Below, piece by piece: positions 29,166 to 37,774 of a stretch of DNA of 64,000 bases; within the stretch, counting starts at the first letter, position 1, and each line of letters begins with the position of its first letter. Origin of the DNA: Candidatus Cloacimonetes bacterium ADurb.Bin211 (GTDB lineage: Bacteria; Cloacimonadota; Cloacimonadia; Cloacimonadales; Cloacimonadaceae); the NCBI GenBank assembly GCA_002070045.1, contig MWCN01000042.1, forward strand, positions 2,662 through 66,661. Reading direction: 5' to 3'. The translations under genes and the position numbers were made by a program. The notes beneath the pieces are model-generated. The model was not told the DNA's origin and ran no database searches. It was given only the letters and a program-made list of their open reading frames with translations.

Positions 29166-32100
29166 ATGATTCGTTATGTACCACCCTTCATTCTTTCTCA
29201 ATTTGAAAATAACAATTATCAAGGTGAAATGCAAGCTTTTGTCCTCCTCGGTGATATAATAGGTTTTACTACTATAAATGATGAACTGCAAAAAAAGGGA
29301 AAAGAAGGTGCAGAAGAAGTTAGCCATATTATTCGGTCCATCTTTACCGAACCGATAAATATAATAGAAAGATTCGGGGGTTTCATCTCTAATTTTGCGG
29401 GAGATGCATTTTATTCTATTTTTCCGAATAATTCTCCAGCTCAATTTTGTGCAGCTTTATATTATATCCAATCTTTTCTTAAAACCTACTATAAAAATCA
29501 ATCGCATCCCAGCCAATATCCTTTTAAAATGAGAATAAGAATCGGTTATGGCAATGTTAAATGGAGAATATTTACTAACGAGATACAAAATGAGTATGTC
29601 TTTTTTGGTGATGCAATAGAAGAAGTACAACACATAAATAGAGGTCAAACGCTATGTAAATATTCATTTTCGGCGCTACAGAAACTTACCGCTTCTGGAT
29701 ATATGGACGATAAAGGAAAAATTAATCAAGATTTTAAACCAGAAAAGGTGAAAGAAAAGATAATAAGCTATCCCTACGGCAAAGAGACAGAATACAAATT
29801 TCTTAATCATCGCTTTCATAATATCCAGCCAGAAAATGAAATCAGAACCGTTATTTGTAATTACACGCGCATTCCGTTAACTTCTGATTTAGATTATCTA
29901 AATATAATAGCTAAGCTGGAAAACTTCTATCAGCATTCCGGTTTCTATGTAGATAAATTATCTGTCACAAAAGATTTTCTCTGTATTTTATCTTTCTATG
30001 GAATGCCCAGAAATGAGGGAAAAAGGCTTAGCCAGGTCTTCCAACAGATCCTTGAATGCGAATATAAATATCCATTTATAAGTCAGGGAATAGCAATGGG
30101 TTCTTGCTTTACTGGATTTATTGGAGGAGAACATATCCGAGAATACACTGCTTTAGGTCATTCAGTAAATTTAGCTGCCAGACTCTCAGGGAAAAGTATA
30201 AATGGAGAGATATTAACGGATTCTGCAATAAGAAAAGAATTAAAAATGAATTTTGATTTTGAATTTAGAGGTAATCTTACCTTAAAGGGATTGAAGAATA
30301 AAATTTCTACATATAAACTTAAAGAATTACAATCACCTAATAATCAATTTAAAAAGGTTTTTATTGGTCGTCAAAATCAATTAAAAAATATCCAGAATAT
30401 CATAGTGCGGTCATTCAATGAACATCATAATTTCATTGTCTACATTGCAGGAGAAGCAGGGATTGGCAAGACAAGTTTAACTGCAGAAGTCTTGAATTCA
30501 CTGCAAGGCAAAAAGATACGGGTATTTAATATTTTATGCAGCTTTGCTAATCCCAGACCTATGGACCCGTTAATACAAATATTCTCACAATTATTCCCTG
30601 TAAATTATAACAACCAGAAAACTATTTCCAGCTTTCATCAGAGCTGGATAAACTGGATTAAAAACGAAAAAGGATGGAAACAAGATGAGGATATTATAAG
30701 TGGTCTGCTAGGTTATGCTGATAAAGAATCCTTATTTTATAATCTACCTCCTGACCTCCGTTTCAATAAAATTTACCAATCAGCAGTGAAAGTTCTCCAG
30801 AAAGAAACAAAAAGGAATCCCATCATTATATATATTGACGACCTACATTGGATGGAAACTCAACCTCGCAATTTTTTCCAATGCCTTGGTAAATCAGAGA
30901 TAAAAGACTTAGGAATCATAGCCACTACTCGCTATTTAGAAAATGATAAGATTCCTACTCTGGATATGGATAATTTTAGCTTTTATCGTTTAGATCTTGC
31001 TCCTTTAAGTAAAAACTATTCCTGGAAGCTTTATAAATCGTTGATGAATCTGGGAAATGTTTCAACAGATTTGAAACAGGAACTGCTTAAAAGAGATACA
31101 GGAAATCCTTTTATAATTGAACAGATGGCTTCCTACTTATTTGAAAGTGGAATATTACATAAGTATGATGACTTTAAAAATATATTTGAGAAGATTAATT
31201 CTTTTGATGTTAATGATATAATAGGTTTTAGGATTGACCGTCTTTCTGCTTCGGTTCGTGAATGCATATATAATGCCAGTGTTTTGGGTATGAAATTTAA
31301 TCTGAAAGTGTTAAATCTAATGTTGGAAAGAGATATTCAACAAGACCTCTTAATAGGAACGCAAAATCGCATCTGGAAAAGCTTAGAGAAAGATTTTTAT
31401 ATTTTCACCCATATTCTTTTACAAGAAGCGGCTTATAACAGAATGCTTAGTGATAAGTTAAAATGCTTACATCTTAAAGCAGCACAGGCAATTGAAAAAG
31501 TCTATGAACAAAACATTAGACCCTATACTGAAGAAATTGCACATCATTATGAAAATGCTGGGGAAATCTTGAAAGCTTCTGATTTTTATGATGAAGCGGG
31601 AGATTATTATTGGGATAATAGCTATTTTGAAGTAGCTGAAAAATGCTTTCTAAAAGCAATTGATTTAGCAGAAAAATCAGTCGTTTCGGACAATATGGAT
31701 TATGGTGAAAAGATATTTCATCTAGCACTTTTCTATCATTATATGCAAAGGATGGAGGAGGCAGAGAAGCTTTATAATACTGTAATGAATATAGCTTTAT
31801 CCACCTATGGCAAAGATAGCATTGAAATTAGTCCTTATATCAATAATTTAGGAAGATATTATAAAGATGTTGGTCGCTATGAAGAAAGCGAAAAATTGCT
31901 TCTACAATCTTTAGAATTAGAAAAAAAATATAATGCTGATAGTTCTAATGTGGCAGATAGAATTAATAATCTGGGGCATTTATATTCACTTCAACATTTT
32001 AATGATAAAGCAAGAGAAATGTGCCAACAAGCTTATGACATTATGACCCGAAATTACGATCCATATCATTTCTTTACTGCGACTGTTTGTAATAATTTAG

Positions 32101-32438
32101 GAATGACCCTGGTAGAATCTGGAAAGATTGAAGAAGGAGAAGAACTTTTGCTTAAAGCAATTGAAATAGGCAAAAAGGTTTATGGTGAGAATCAGCCTCA
32201 AATAGTTATATACTTTAAAAATTTGGCTTCCATTTATATAGAGCAACAAAAATGGGATGAAGCCAAAGCTTTATTACAGAAGTGCTTACACATTAACCAA
32301 AAATATTTTGGGAAATATCATTCCTCCACTCTCTATGTTGTTAAAGCATTAGAAAGATTCTATGATAAAATAGGTAATAAACGGAAGGCAAATTATTATG
32401 CTAACTGGTTGCAAGAGAGTAAGAAAAATAAATTGTAA
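29166..32438 (+). CDS. Tandem class III nucleotidyl cyclase - STAND/AAA ATPase - TPR protein
   Basis: C1 'GDIIGFT' and 'FAGDA'; C2 'EYTALGHSVNLAARL'; Walker A 'GEAGIGKT'; Walker B 'IYIDDLHW'; C-terminal TPRs with NNLG motifs. Confidence 0.88.
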   Translation: MIRYVPPFILSQFENNNYQGEMQAFVLLGDIIGFTTINDELQKKGKEGAEEVSHIIRSIFTEPINIIERFGGFISNFAGDAFYSIFPNNSPAQFCAALYYIQSFLKTYYKNQSHPSQYPFKMRIRIGYGNVKWRIFTNEIQNEYVFFGDAIEEVQHINRGQTLCKYSFSALQKLTASGYMDDKGKINQDFKPEKVKEKIISYPYGKETEYKFLNHRFHNIQPENEIRTVICNYTRIPLTSDLDYLNIIAKLENFYQHSGFYVDKLSVTKDFLCILSFYGMPRNEGKRLSQVFQQILECEYKYPFISQGIAMGSCFTGFIGGEHIREYTALGHSVNLAARLSGKSINGEILTDSAIRKELKMNFDFEFRGNLTLKGLKNKISTYKLKELQSPNNQFKKVFIGRQNQLKNIQNIIVRSFNEHHNFIVYIAGEAGIGKTSLTAEVLNSLQGKKIRVFNILCSFANPRPMDPLIQIFSQLFPVNYNNQKTISSFHQSWINWIKNEKGWKQDEDIISGLLGYADKESLFYNLPPDLRFNKIYQSAVKVLQKETKRNPIIIYIDDLHWMETQPRNFFQCLGKSEIKDLGIIATTRYLENDKIPTLDMDNFSFYRLDLAPLSKNYSWKLYKSLMNLGNVSTDLKQELLKRDTGNPFIIEQMASYLFESGILHKYDDFKNIFEKINSFDVNDIIGFRIDRLSASVRECIYNASVLGMKFNLKVLNLMLERDIQQDLLIGTQNRIWKSLEKDFYIFTHILLQEAAYNRMLSDKLKCLHLKAAQAIEKVYEQNIRPYTEEIAHHYENAGEILKASDFYDEAGDYYWDNSYFEVAEKCFLKAIDLAEKSVVSDNMDYGEKIFHLALFYHYMQRMEEAEKLYNTVMNIALSTYGKDSIEISPYINNLGRYYKDVGRYEESEKLLLQSLELEKKYNADSSNVADRINNLGHLYSLQHFNDKAREMCQQAYDIMTRNYDPYHFFTATVCNNLGMTLVESGKIEEGEELLLKAIEIGKKVYGENQPQIVIYFKNLASIYIEQQKWDEAKALLQKCLHINQKYFGKYHSSTLYVVKALERFYDKIGNKRKANYYANWLQESKKNKL

Positions 32439-32442
32439 CATT

Positions 32443-33093
32443 TTATTCTTTGACTCCAACTCTTGCACACTGATTATAGATAGGACATTGATGGCATTTG
32501 GGTTTTCTGGGTGTACAAAGATTTTGGCCAAAAGCCACTACATAAGAATTGAAAGTTAACCAGTATTTTTCCGGTAGGATTTTTCTTAATGCCATCTCTG
32601 TTTCATACGGTGTTCTCGTTTTAACATATCCCCAACGATTGCATATTCTATGCACATGAACATCTACACATATAGCAGGAAGTGAAAAGGCTATAGCTCT
32701 CACGAGATTAGCAGTCTTTCTTCCTACCCCCGGCAATTGTAGAAGTTCGTCTATTTCTGAAGGAATATTTCCTCCGAATTTTTCTTTCAGGACTGATGGT
32801 AACTGTTTCAAATACTTAGTTTTAGCATTATGGAATCCTACTGGATAAATGATGGAATCAAGCTCTTCAGCGCTAATCTTTTCCAGATCATCTATATTCC
32901 TAACTTTATCAAATAGCTTTCTTGCTGCTTGAGAAGTAGTCTCATCTTTAGTTCTTGCGCTTAATATGGTAGTTACCAACACCTTAAAAGGATCTTTAGT
33001 CTGAATCTGGATTTGATCTACTATGGGAGTCCTGACACTTTTGAAGTGCTTTTCCAGTTCACTCATTACGGTATCAATATCAAAATTGTTCAT
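32443..33093 (-). CDS. nth: Endonuclease III
   Basis: HhH 'LPGVGRKTAN', 'VDVHVHRI', 4Fe-4S Cx6Cx2Cx5C. Confidence 0.95.
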   Translation of the reverse strand: MNNFDIDTVMSELEKHFKSVRTPIVDQIQIQTKDPFKVLVTTILSARTKDETTSQAARKLFDKVRNIDDLEKISAEELDSIIYPVGFHNAKTKYLKQLPSVLKEKFGGNIPSEIDELLQLPGVGRKTANLVRAIAFSLPAICVDVHVHRICNRWGYVKTRTPYETEMALRKILPEKYWLTFNSYVVAFGQNLCTPRKPKCHQCPIYNQCARVGVKE

Positions 33094-33188
33094 AAAATTA
33101 ATCCGTTATAATAATCCTGAGAACAGAGATAAAAATATATTGCAGGATTTTGAAACTGATAGATATTGTCAATCAGAAGGAGATTATG

Positions 33189-33863
33189 ATGTGTGGTAGA
33201 TTTGCACAGGTATTAAAATATGACCAGTTACAAAAGTTGGAAAGAGAACTGAGATTAAACCGAGAGAGTGATCAGTTAATAATTAATTATAATGTAGCTC
33301 CAACTCAACCCGTAGTTGCAGCAGTAAGTCAGGATAGTGGTAGATACATTGGCACTTTTCGTTGGGGTTTAATACCTTCCTGGAGTCAAGAACTTCCTAA
33401 ATTTGATTTGATAAATATCCGATCTGACTCTTTAGTTTCTAAGCCTTCATTCAGAAAGGGTTTACAATACCGCAGATGTCTGATTCCGGCAAATGGATTT
33501 TATGAGTGGCGTAAGTCAGATAAGCAACCATTTTTTGTTCATTCATCTCGGGATGACCTAATTTATATGGCAGGAATCTATGATGTATGGCAAAGTCCAG
33601 AGGGAAGTTATGTTCCATCTTTAGCGATAATAACCACTGATGCTAATAAGGCAATGCTTCCTATTCATCATAGAATGCCCATTTTGCTTTTTGAGGATGA
33701 CCGTTTACTCTGGTTGGACCATACTATTAAAGACATCAATAGGCTTATTCCTTTTCTCCAAGCTCCACCGGATGATGCTATTTCTATGTATGCTGTGAGC
33801 AGATTTGTAAATAATCCTCAAAACAATTCTGAAGAGTGTATTCGTCCCATAAATATCTTATAG
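33189..33863 (+). CDS. SRAP-domain abasic-site protection protein (YedK/HMCES family)
   Basis: N-terminal MCGRF (needs ATG 33189), 'YNVAPTQ', 'RWGLIPSW', 'GFYEW', 'IHHRMP'. Confidence 0.92.
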   Translation: MCGRFAQVLKYDQLQKLERELRLNRESDQLIINYNVAPTQPVVAAVSQDSGRYIGTFRWGLIPSWSQELPKFDLINIRSDSLVSKPSFRKGLQYRRCLIPANGFYEWRKSDKQPFFVHSSRDDLIYMAGIYDVWQSPEGSYVPSLAIITTDANKAMLPIHHRMPILLFEDDRLLWLDHTIKDINRLIPFLQAPPDDAISMYAVSRFVNNPQNNSEECIRPINIL

Positions 33864-33884
33864 TAATCCAATGTAATATCAATC

Positions 33885-35174
33885 TTAGAAGTACCGCAGT
33901 AAAATATATGCAGAACAAACAATTAAAGATAGAATAGTATATACTACACTAACTTTTGTAAATTTCTTAAATGAAATATTAAGTCCGTTCTTTTTAGCAA
34001 TTCCTACTGCTACAACATTAGAAGAAGCACCAATGAGGGTTCCATTTCCACCTAAACAAGTTCCCAGAGACATTGCCCACCAGATAGGGTCTATTAGATT
34101 AGGTTCTGTAATTACTGTGCCAATTTGTTTGATTAAAGGTATCATAGTAGCAACGAAAGGAACATTATCAATAAAAGCAGAAAGAACACCCGAAAGCCAG
34201 AGTATTGCCATAGAAGTTGGACGCGCTTGATTATGAGTTAAATCAAGAACTTTATGAGCTAATAAACTGATAAAGCCAGTTTGCACTAAACCTTCAACTA
34301 TGATGAATAATCCAACAAAGAAGAAAAGTGTAACCCAATCAACTTCATGAACCATTATCTGCTCTATTTCTTTTCTTTCACCAATAAGTACCAAAAATAA
34401 TCCAGTGGACATAGAAATAGTGGCAGTGCCTATTTTTAAGATACTTTCTAAGGCAAGAAGAACAAGCATAATCGCTAAGGCAATTAATGAAATTTTGAGC
34501 ATTCTTTTATTTTTAATCAGACCTTCTTCTTTATAACTAAGCATCTTTGCTCTATTTTCTCTGCTCACTTTTAATTTATCATGATACATAAACCACATTA
34601 AAGCTAAGCAAGCAATAGAAGCAAAAATAATGGCGGGAGTTAAATTAAAGATAAAATCAAGGAAATCATAATCAGTGGCACTTCCAATAATAATATTAGG
34701 AGGATCACCAATCATTGTAGCGGCTCCACCCATATTGGAAGCAACTACCATCATTATTATATAAGGAACTGGAGTTATTTTTAATTCGTTACAAATTAAT
34801 AATATTATCGGTATGAGAATCATTATAGTGGTAACACTTCCCAGAAAAGCAGAGGCAATAGCTGTTATGACAAACATTAACATCATAATTAATAAAGGAT
34901 TTCCACGAGCAAGTTTAGCGGTCTTAATAGCAATATACATAAAAATTCCGGTTCTCCTTAATACCGCAATAACCAGCATCATACCAATCAAGAAGAAAAT
35001 AACATTCCAGTCTATAGCTCTAAGAGCAATGTCCTGACTTAAGATTCCAGTTAGAATAAGTAAGAATGCACCTATTAATGAAGCAAGCATCTTATTTATT
35101 ACTTCTGTAATAATTAAGATATAGGTTCCGATAAAGATGCCTACAGCTATTAACATACTGACTGTTGCACTCAT
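33885..35174 (-). CDS. ArsB/NhaD-family (ion transporter superfamily) permease
   Basis: Multi-TM; 'SNMGGAATMIGDPPNIII', 'SAFIDNVPFVATM', 'LGGNGTLIGASSN'. Confidence 0.88.
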   Translation of the reverse strand: MSATVSMLIAVGIFIGTYILIITEVINKMLASLIGAFLLILTGILSQDIALRAIDWNVIFFLIGMMLVIAVLRRTGIFMYIAIKTAKLARGNPLLIMMLMFVITAIASAFLGSVTTIMILIPIILLICNELKITPVPYIIMMVVASNMGGAATMIGDPPNIIIGSATDYDFLDFIFNLTPAIIFASIACLALMWFMYHDKLKVSRENRAKMLSYKEEGLIKNKRMLKISLIALAIMLVLLALESILKIGTATISMSTGLFLVLIGERKEIEQIMVHEVDWVTLFFFVGLFIIVEGLVQTGFISLLAHKVLDLTHNQARPTSMAILWLSGVLSAFIDNVPFVATMIPLIKQIGTVITEPNLIDPIWWAMSLGTCLGGNGTLIGASSNVVAVGIAKKNGLNISFKKFTKVSVVYTILSLIVCSAYILLRYF

Positions 35175-36076
35175 GCTTTTATAACCTTCCTGAAAACATC
35201 CATAGCGGTAATAATACCAACTAGATATTCTTTATCAACCACACAAAAATACCTTTTGTTATCCTTAATCATATGATATACGGTTTCTACAATAGAAGCA
35301 TCAGAAGAAAGCACCCGAGTATTTTTTTGCATTATCTCTTCTGCACAAACTAGTTCCTCTTTTTCAAATAAACTTTCCAGTGGCTCATAAGACCTCAAAA
35401 AAGCTACATCGTCTATCATCATTAGATAGTCTGGCATTCCAACTTTTAGAACATCCAGAATGCTAATCTCTCCTAAATACCTACCTTCATTATCTACAAC
35501 AGGAATACAGGATATATTATGTTCATTCATAAGGCTATCTACTTTACTTAGAAGAGTATCGGGAGTGACACAGACAGGATTTTTTACCATTAAATCAGCC
35601 ACAGAGAGTTCCTGTCCTACCTTTATCTTGCATTGGCGTAAATAGTTAATTACCTCAATACCATTATTAAAAGAGCGTAATTGAGTCATCATCTCTTCAT
35701 CCTCGGATATTTTAAGTAAAGCAGATACAATATTTAAATATATTTTAGAAGAAGTCTTATCCGTAAAAATCATTACAATCCAGTCAGCTTTAATGCCATC
35801 GTAATTCAGAGGATTCTGCAAAAAGGTCATTCCGATTAGCGTATCTGCTAATCCCTCAAGACGAATATGAGGTATAGCAATACCCGAAGGATAAACCATA
35901 GGAGCTTCTTTCTCTCTTTCCAGTATTGATTCAAGAAGAGTTTCACCACATTTAGGTTCAATATCAGGTCTTAACTGATAGATACGATTTATAATATCTT
36001 TATAAACCTGTTCCCGAGTTAGAATTCTTTGCTCATAAACTATGGTACTGGGTTCCAGAAAATCTGCTAATAACAT
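35171..36076 (-). CDS. PTS EIIA (Fru/Ntr-type) domain fused to a CBS pair
   Basis: 'ILERE...GIAIPHIR' with the phospho-His; CBS motifs 'VADLM..NP', 'IPVVD...YLGEIS..D', 'LVGIITAMD'. Confidence 0.85.
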   Translation of the reverse strand: MLLADFLEPSTIVYEQRILTREQVYKDIINRIYQLRPDIEPKCGETLLESILEREKEAPMVYPSGIAIPHIRLEGLADTLIGMTFLQNPLNYDGIKADWIVMIFTDKTSSKIYLNIVSALLKISEDEEMMTQLRSFNNGIEVINYLRQCKIKVGQELSVADLMVKNPVCVTPDTLLSKVDSLMNEHNISCIPVVDNEGRYLGEISILDVLKVGMPDYLMMIDDVAFLRSYEPLESLFEKEELVCAEEIMQKNTRVLSSDASIVETVYHMIKDNKRYFCVVDKEYLVGIITAMDVFRKVIKA

Positions 36077-36284
36077 AAATTAGCCTCATACGGTTAAAAT
36101 TTTTTCCATAATAATGTAATATATTTTATAGTCAATATCTTTTGTTTTAACCTCCCTTCATAGATAAGTTTAATAACTAATATTGTCTTTGATTTTAGAT
36201 ATTTGAATCAAGGAAGCAAGATGAGCTATATTTTTCTTGCTAAAAAGGATATTCTCATAAAAAAGAGCAAGCAGCGAGGAATAA

Positions 36285-37658
36285 ATGTCCAGAATTCAAA
36301 TTAATAAGAAAATTTGTTTGATTGCTCTTAATAGTGCTTGGTATCAAAGCAATCCCGCTTTGTATTATCTTCGTAATGCCTTAGCAGGTCTTCCTTTTAA
36401 TTGTGAAATCCAGGAATTTATAGTTTCTGAACCACTTTTTGATGTTCTGAACAGCATATTTCATTCAGAACCCGATATCTTATGTTTTTCGGCTTATATC
36501 TGGAATCAAATGTATCTTAAGCTACTTATCCCTGAGATTAAGAAACTTCTTCCAGAAGCTAAAATTGTCATCGGAGGTCCTTCAGCTCTTTGTGAAAATT
36601 ATAAATTGAATAATTCAGATTTTATTGTTAAAGACGCAGGAGAAGGAACATTTCGTTATTTAGCTGAGAACAATTTTTCTCTTCCCGGTGGAATATATAA
36701 GATATCAACACCATCCTTAGAGACATTACCTTTTCTTTATAAAGAAGAAGATATAGCAGCACTTAAAGGCAAATTGATTTATTATGAATGTTCCCGGGGT
36801 TGTCCCTTCCATTGTATTTACTGTCTTTCTGCAAGGGACAATAGAAATGAACTACGTTTTAACTCTGAAAGTGCAGAAGATAGAATAAGATTATATAAAG
36901 AATTAGAACAGCTTCTTACTTTAAAGCCAAGAACCGTGAAATTTGTAGACCGTTGCTTTAATGCAAATCCCGATTTAGCTCATCTTATCTGGAATATTAT
37001 TATTCAGATGGAAGCAGATTGTGAATTTCATTTTGAAATCTTTCCGGAGCTTTTAGAAGTAGATGATCTCAAACTTTTAGCTAAAGCTCCTCCACATAGA
37101 ATTCGTTTGGAAGCTGGAATTCAGACGGTTAATCCTGAAATAGCAAAAGAATGTGGAAGGATATCGGATTGGGAGAAAGCCAAAAATTCCTTAGCATTTT
37201 TATCCCAGAAAACTCAGGTTCAACTGCATACTGACCTTTTAGCTTGTTTACCTGGAGAGTCAATGGAATCAGTGTTGCATTCCTTAGATGAATTAGCTTC
37301 TATCTTTCCAGATGAAATACAGTTAGGTAGCTTAAAAGTATTGCCCGATACTCCAATGTATGATCTGGCAAAGAGAAGAAATTACCTCTGGCTGGACTCA
37401 CCTTTATGGCAAGTATTGAAAACGGATGTCCTTTCCTTTGAACAGCTTTCTACTTTAAATGACCTCGGGAAAATATTGAATCTTTACTGGAACAAAGGGG
37501 AGTTTAATTCTGAGTGGCAAACTATGCTTAATTCAGGAAAGAAAGCTTCAGAACTTGTGCTCTCTCTTCTTAATTATCACAAAGAAAATCATATACCTTT
37601 GCATAGCATTTCCCGTCAGGAACGTTATAATATCTTTTCTATCCTTCTAAATTACTGA
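36285..37658 (+). CDS. B12-binding-like domain radical SAM protein
   Basis: 'FSAYIWN', 'IVIGGP', 'SRGCPFHCIYC' (CX3CX2C), 'KFVDRCFN'. Confidence 0.88.
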   Translation: MSRIQINKKICLIALNSAWYQSNPALYYLRNALAGLPFNCEIQEFIVSEPLFDVLNSIFHSEPDILCFSAYIWNQMYLKLLIPEIKKLLPEAKIVIGGPSALCENYKLNNSDFIVKDAGEGTFRYLAENNFSLPGGIYKISTPSLETLPFLYKEEDIAALKGKLIYYECSRGCPFHCIYCLSARDNRNELRFNSESAEDRIRLYKELEQLLTLKPRTVKFVDRCFNANPDLAHLIWNIIIQMEADCEFHFEIFPELLEVDDLKLLAKAPPHRIRLEAGIQTVNPEIAKECGRISDWEKAKNSLAFLSQKTQVQLHTDLLACLPGESMESVLHSLDELASIFPDEIQLGSLKVLPDTPMYDLAKRRNYLWLDSPLWQVLKTDVLSFEQLSTLNDLGKILNLYWNKGEFNSEWQTMLNSGKKASELVLSLLNYHKENHIPLHSISRQERYNIFSILLNY

Positions 37659-37774
37659 GTGTTAGGTTCAAATTGAGAGTTTTTTTTCTGCACTCGTGAT
37701 CAATCAACGATATGGCTTGACAGTTAGATATCAATATGTTATAAGACAAATATAAGAAATAAGGAGACATAAAA

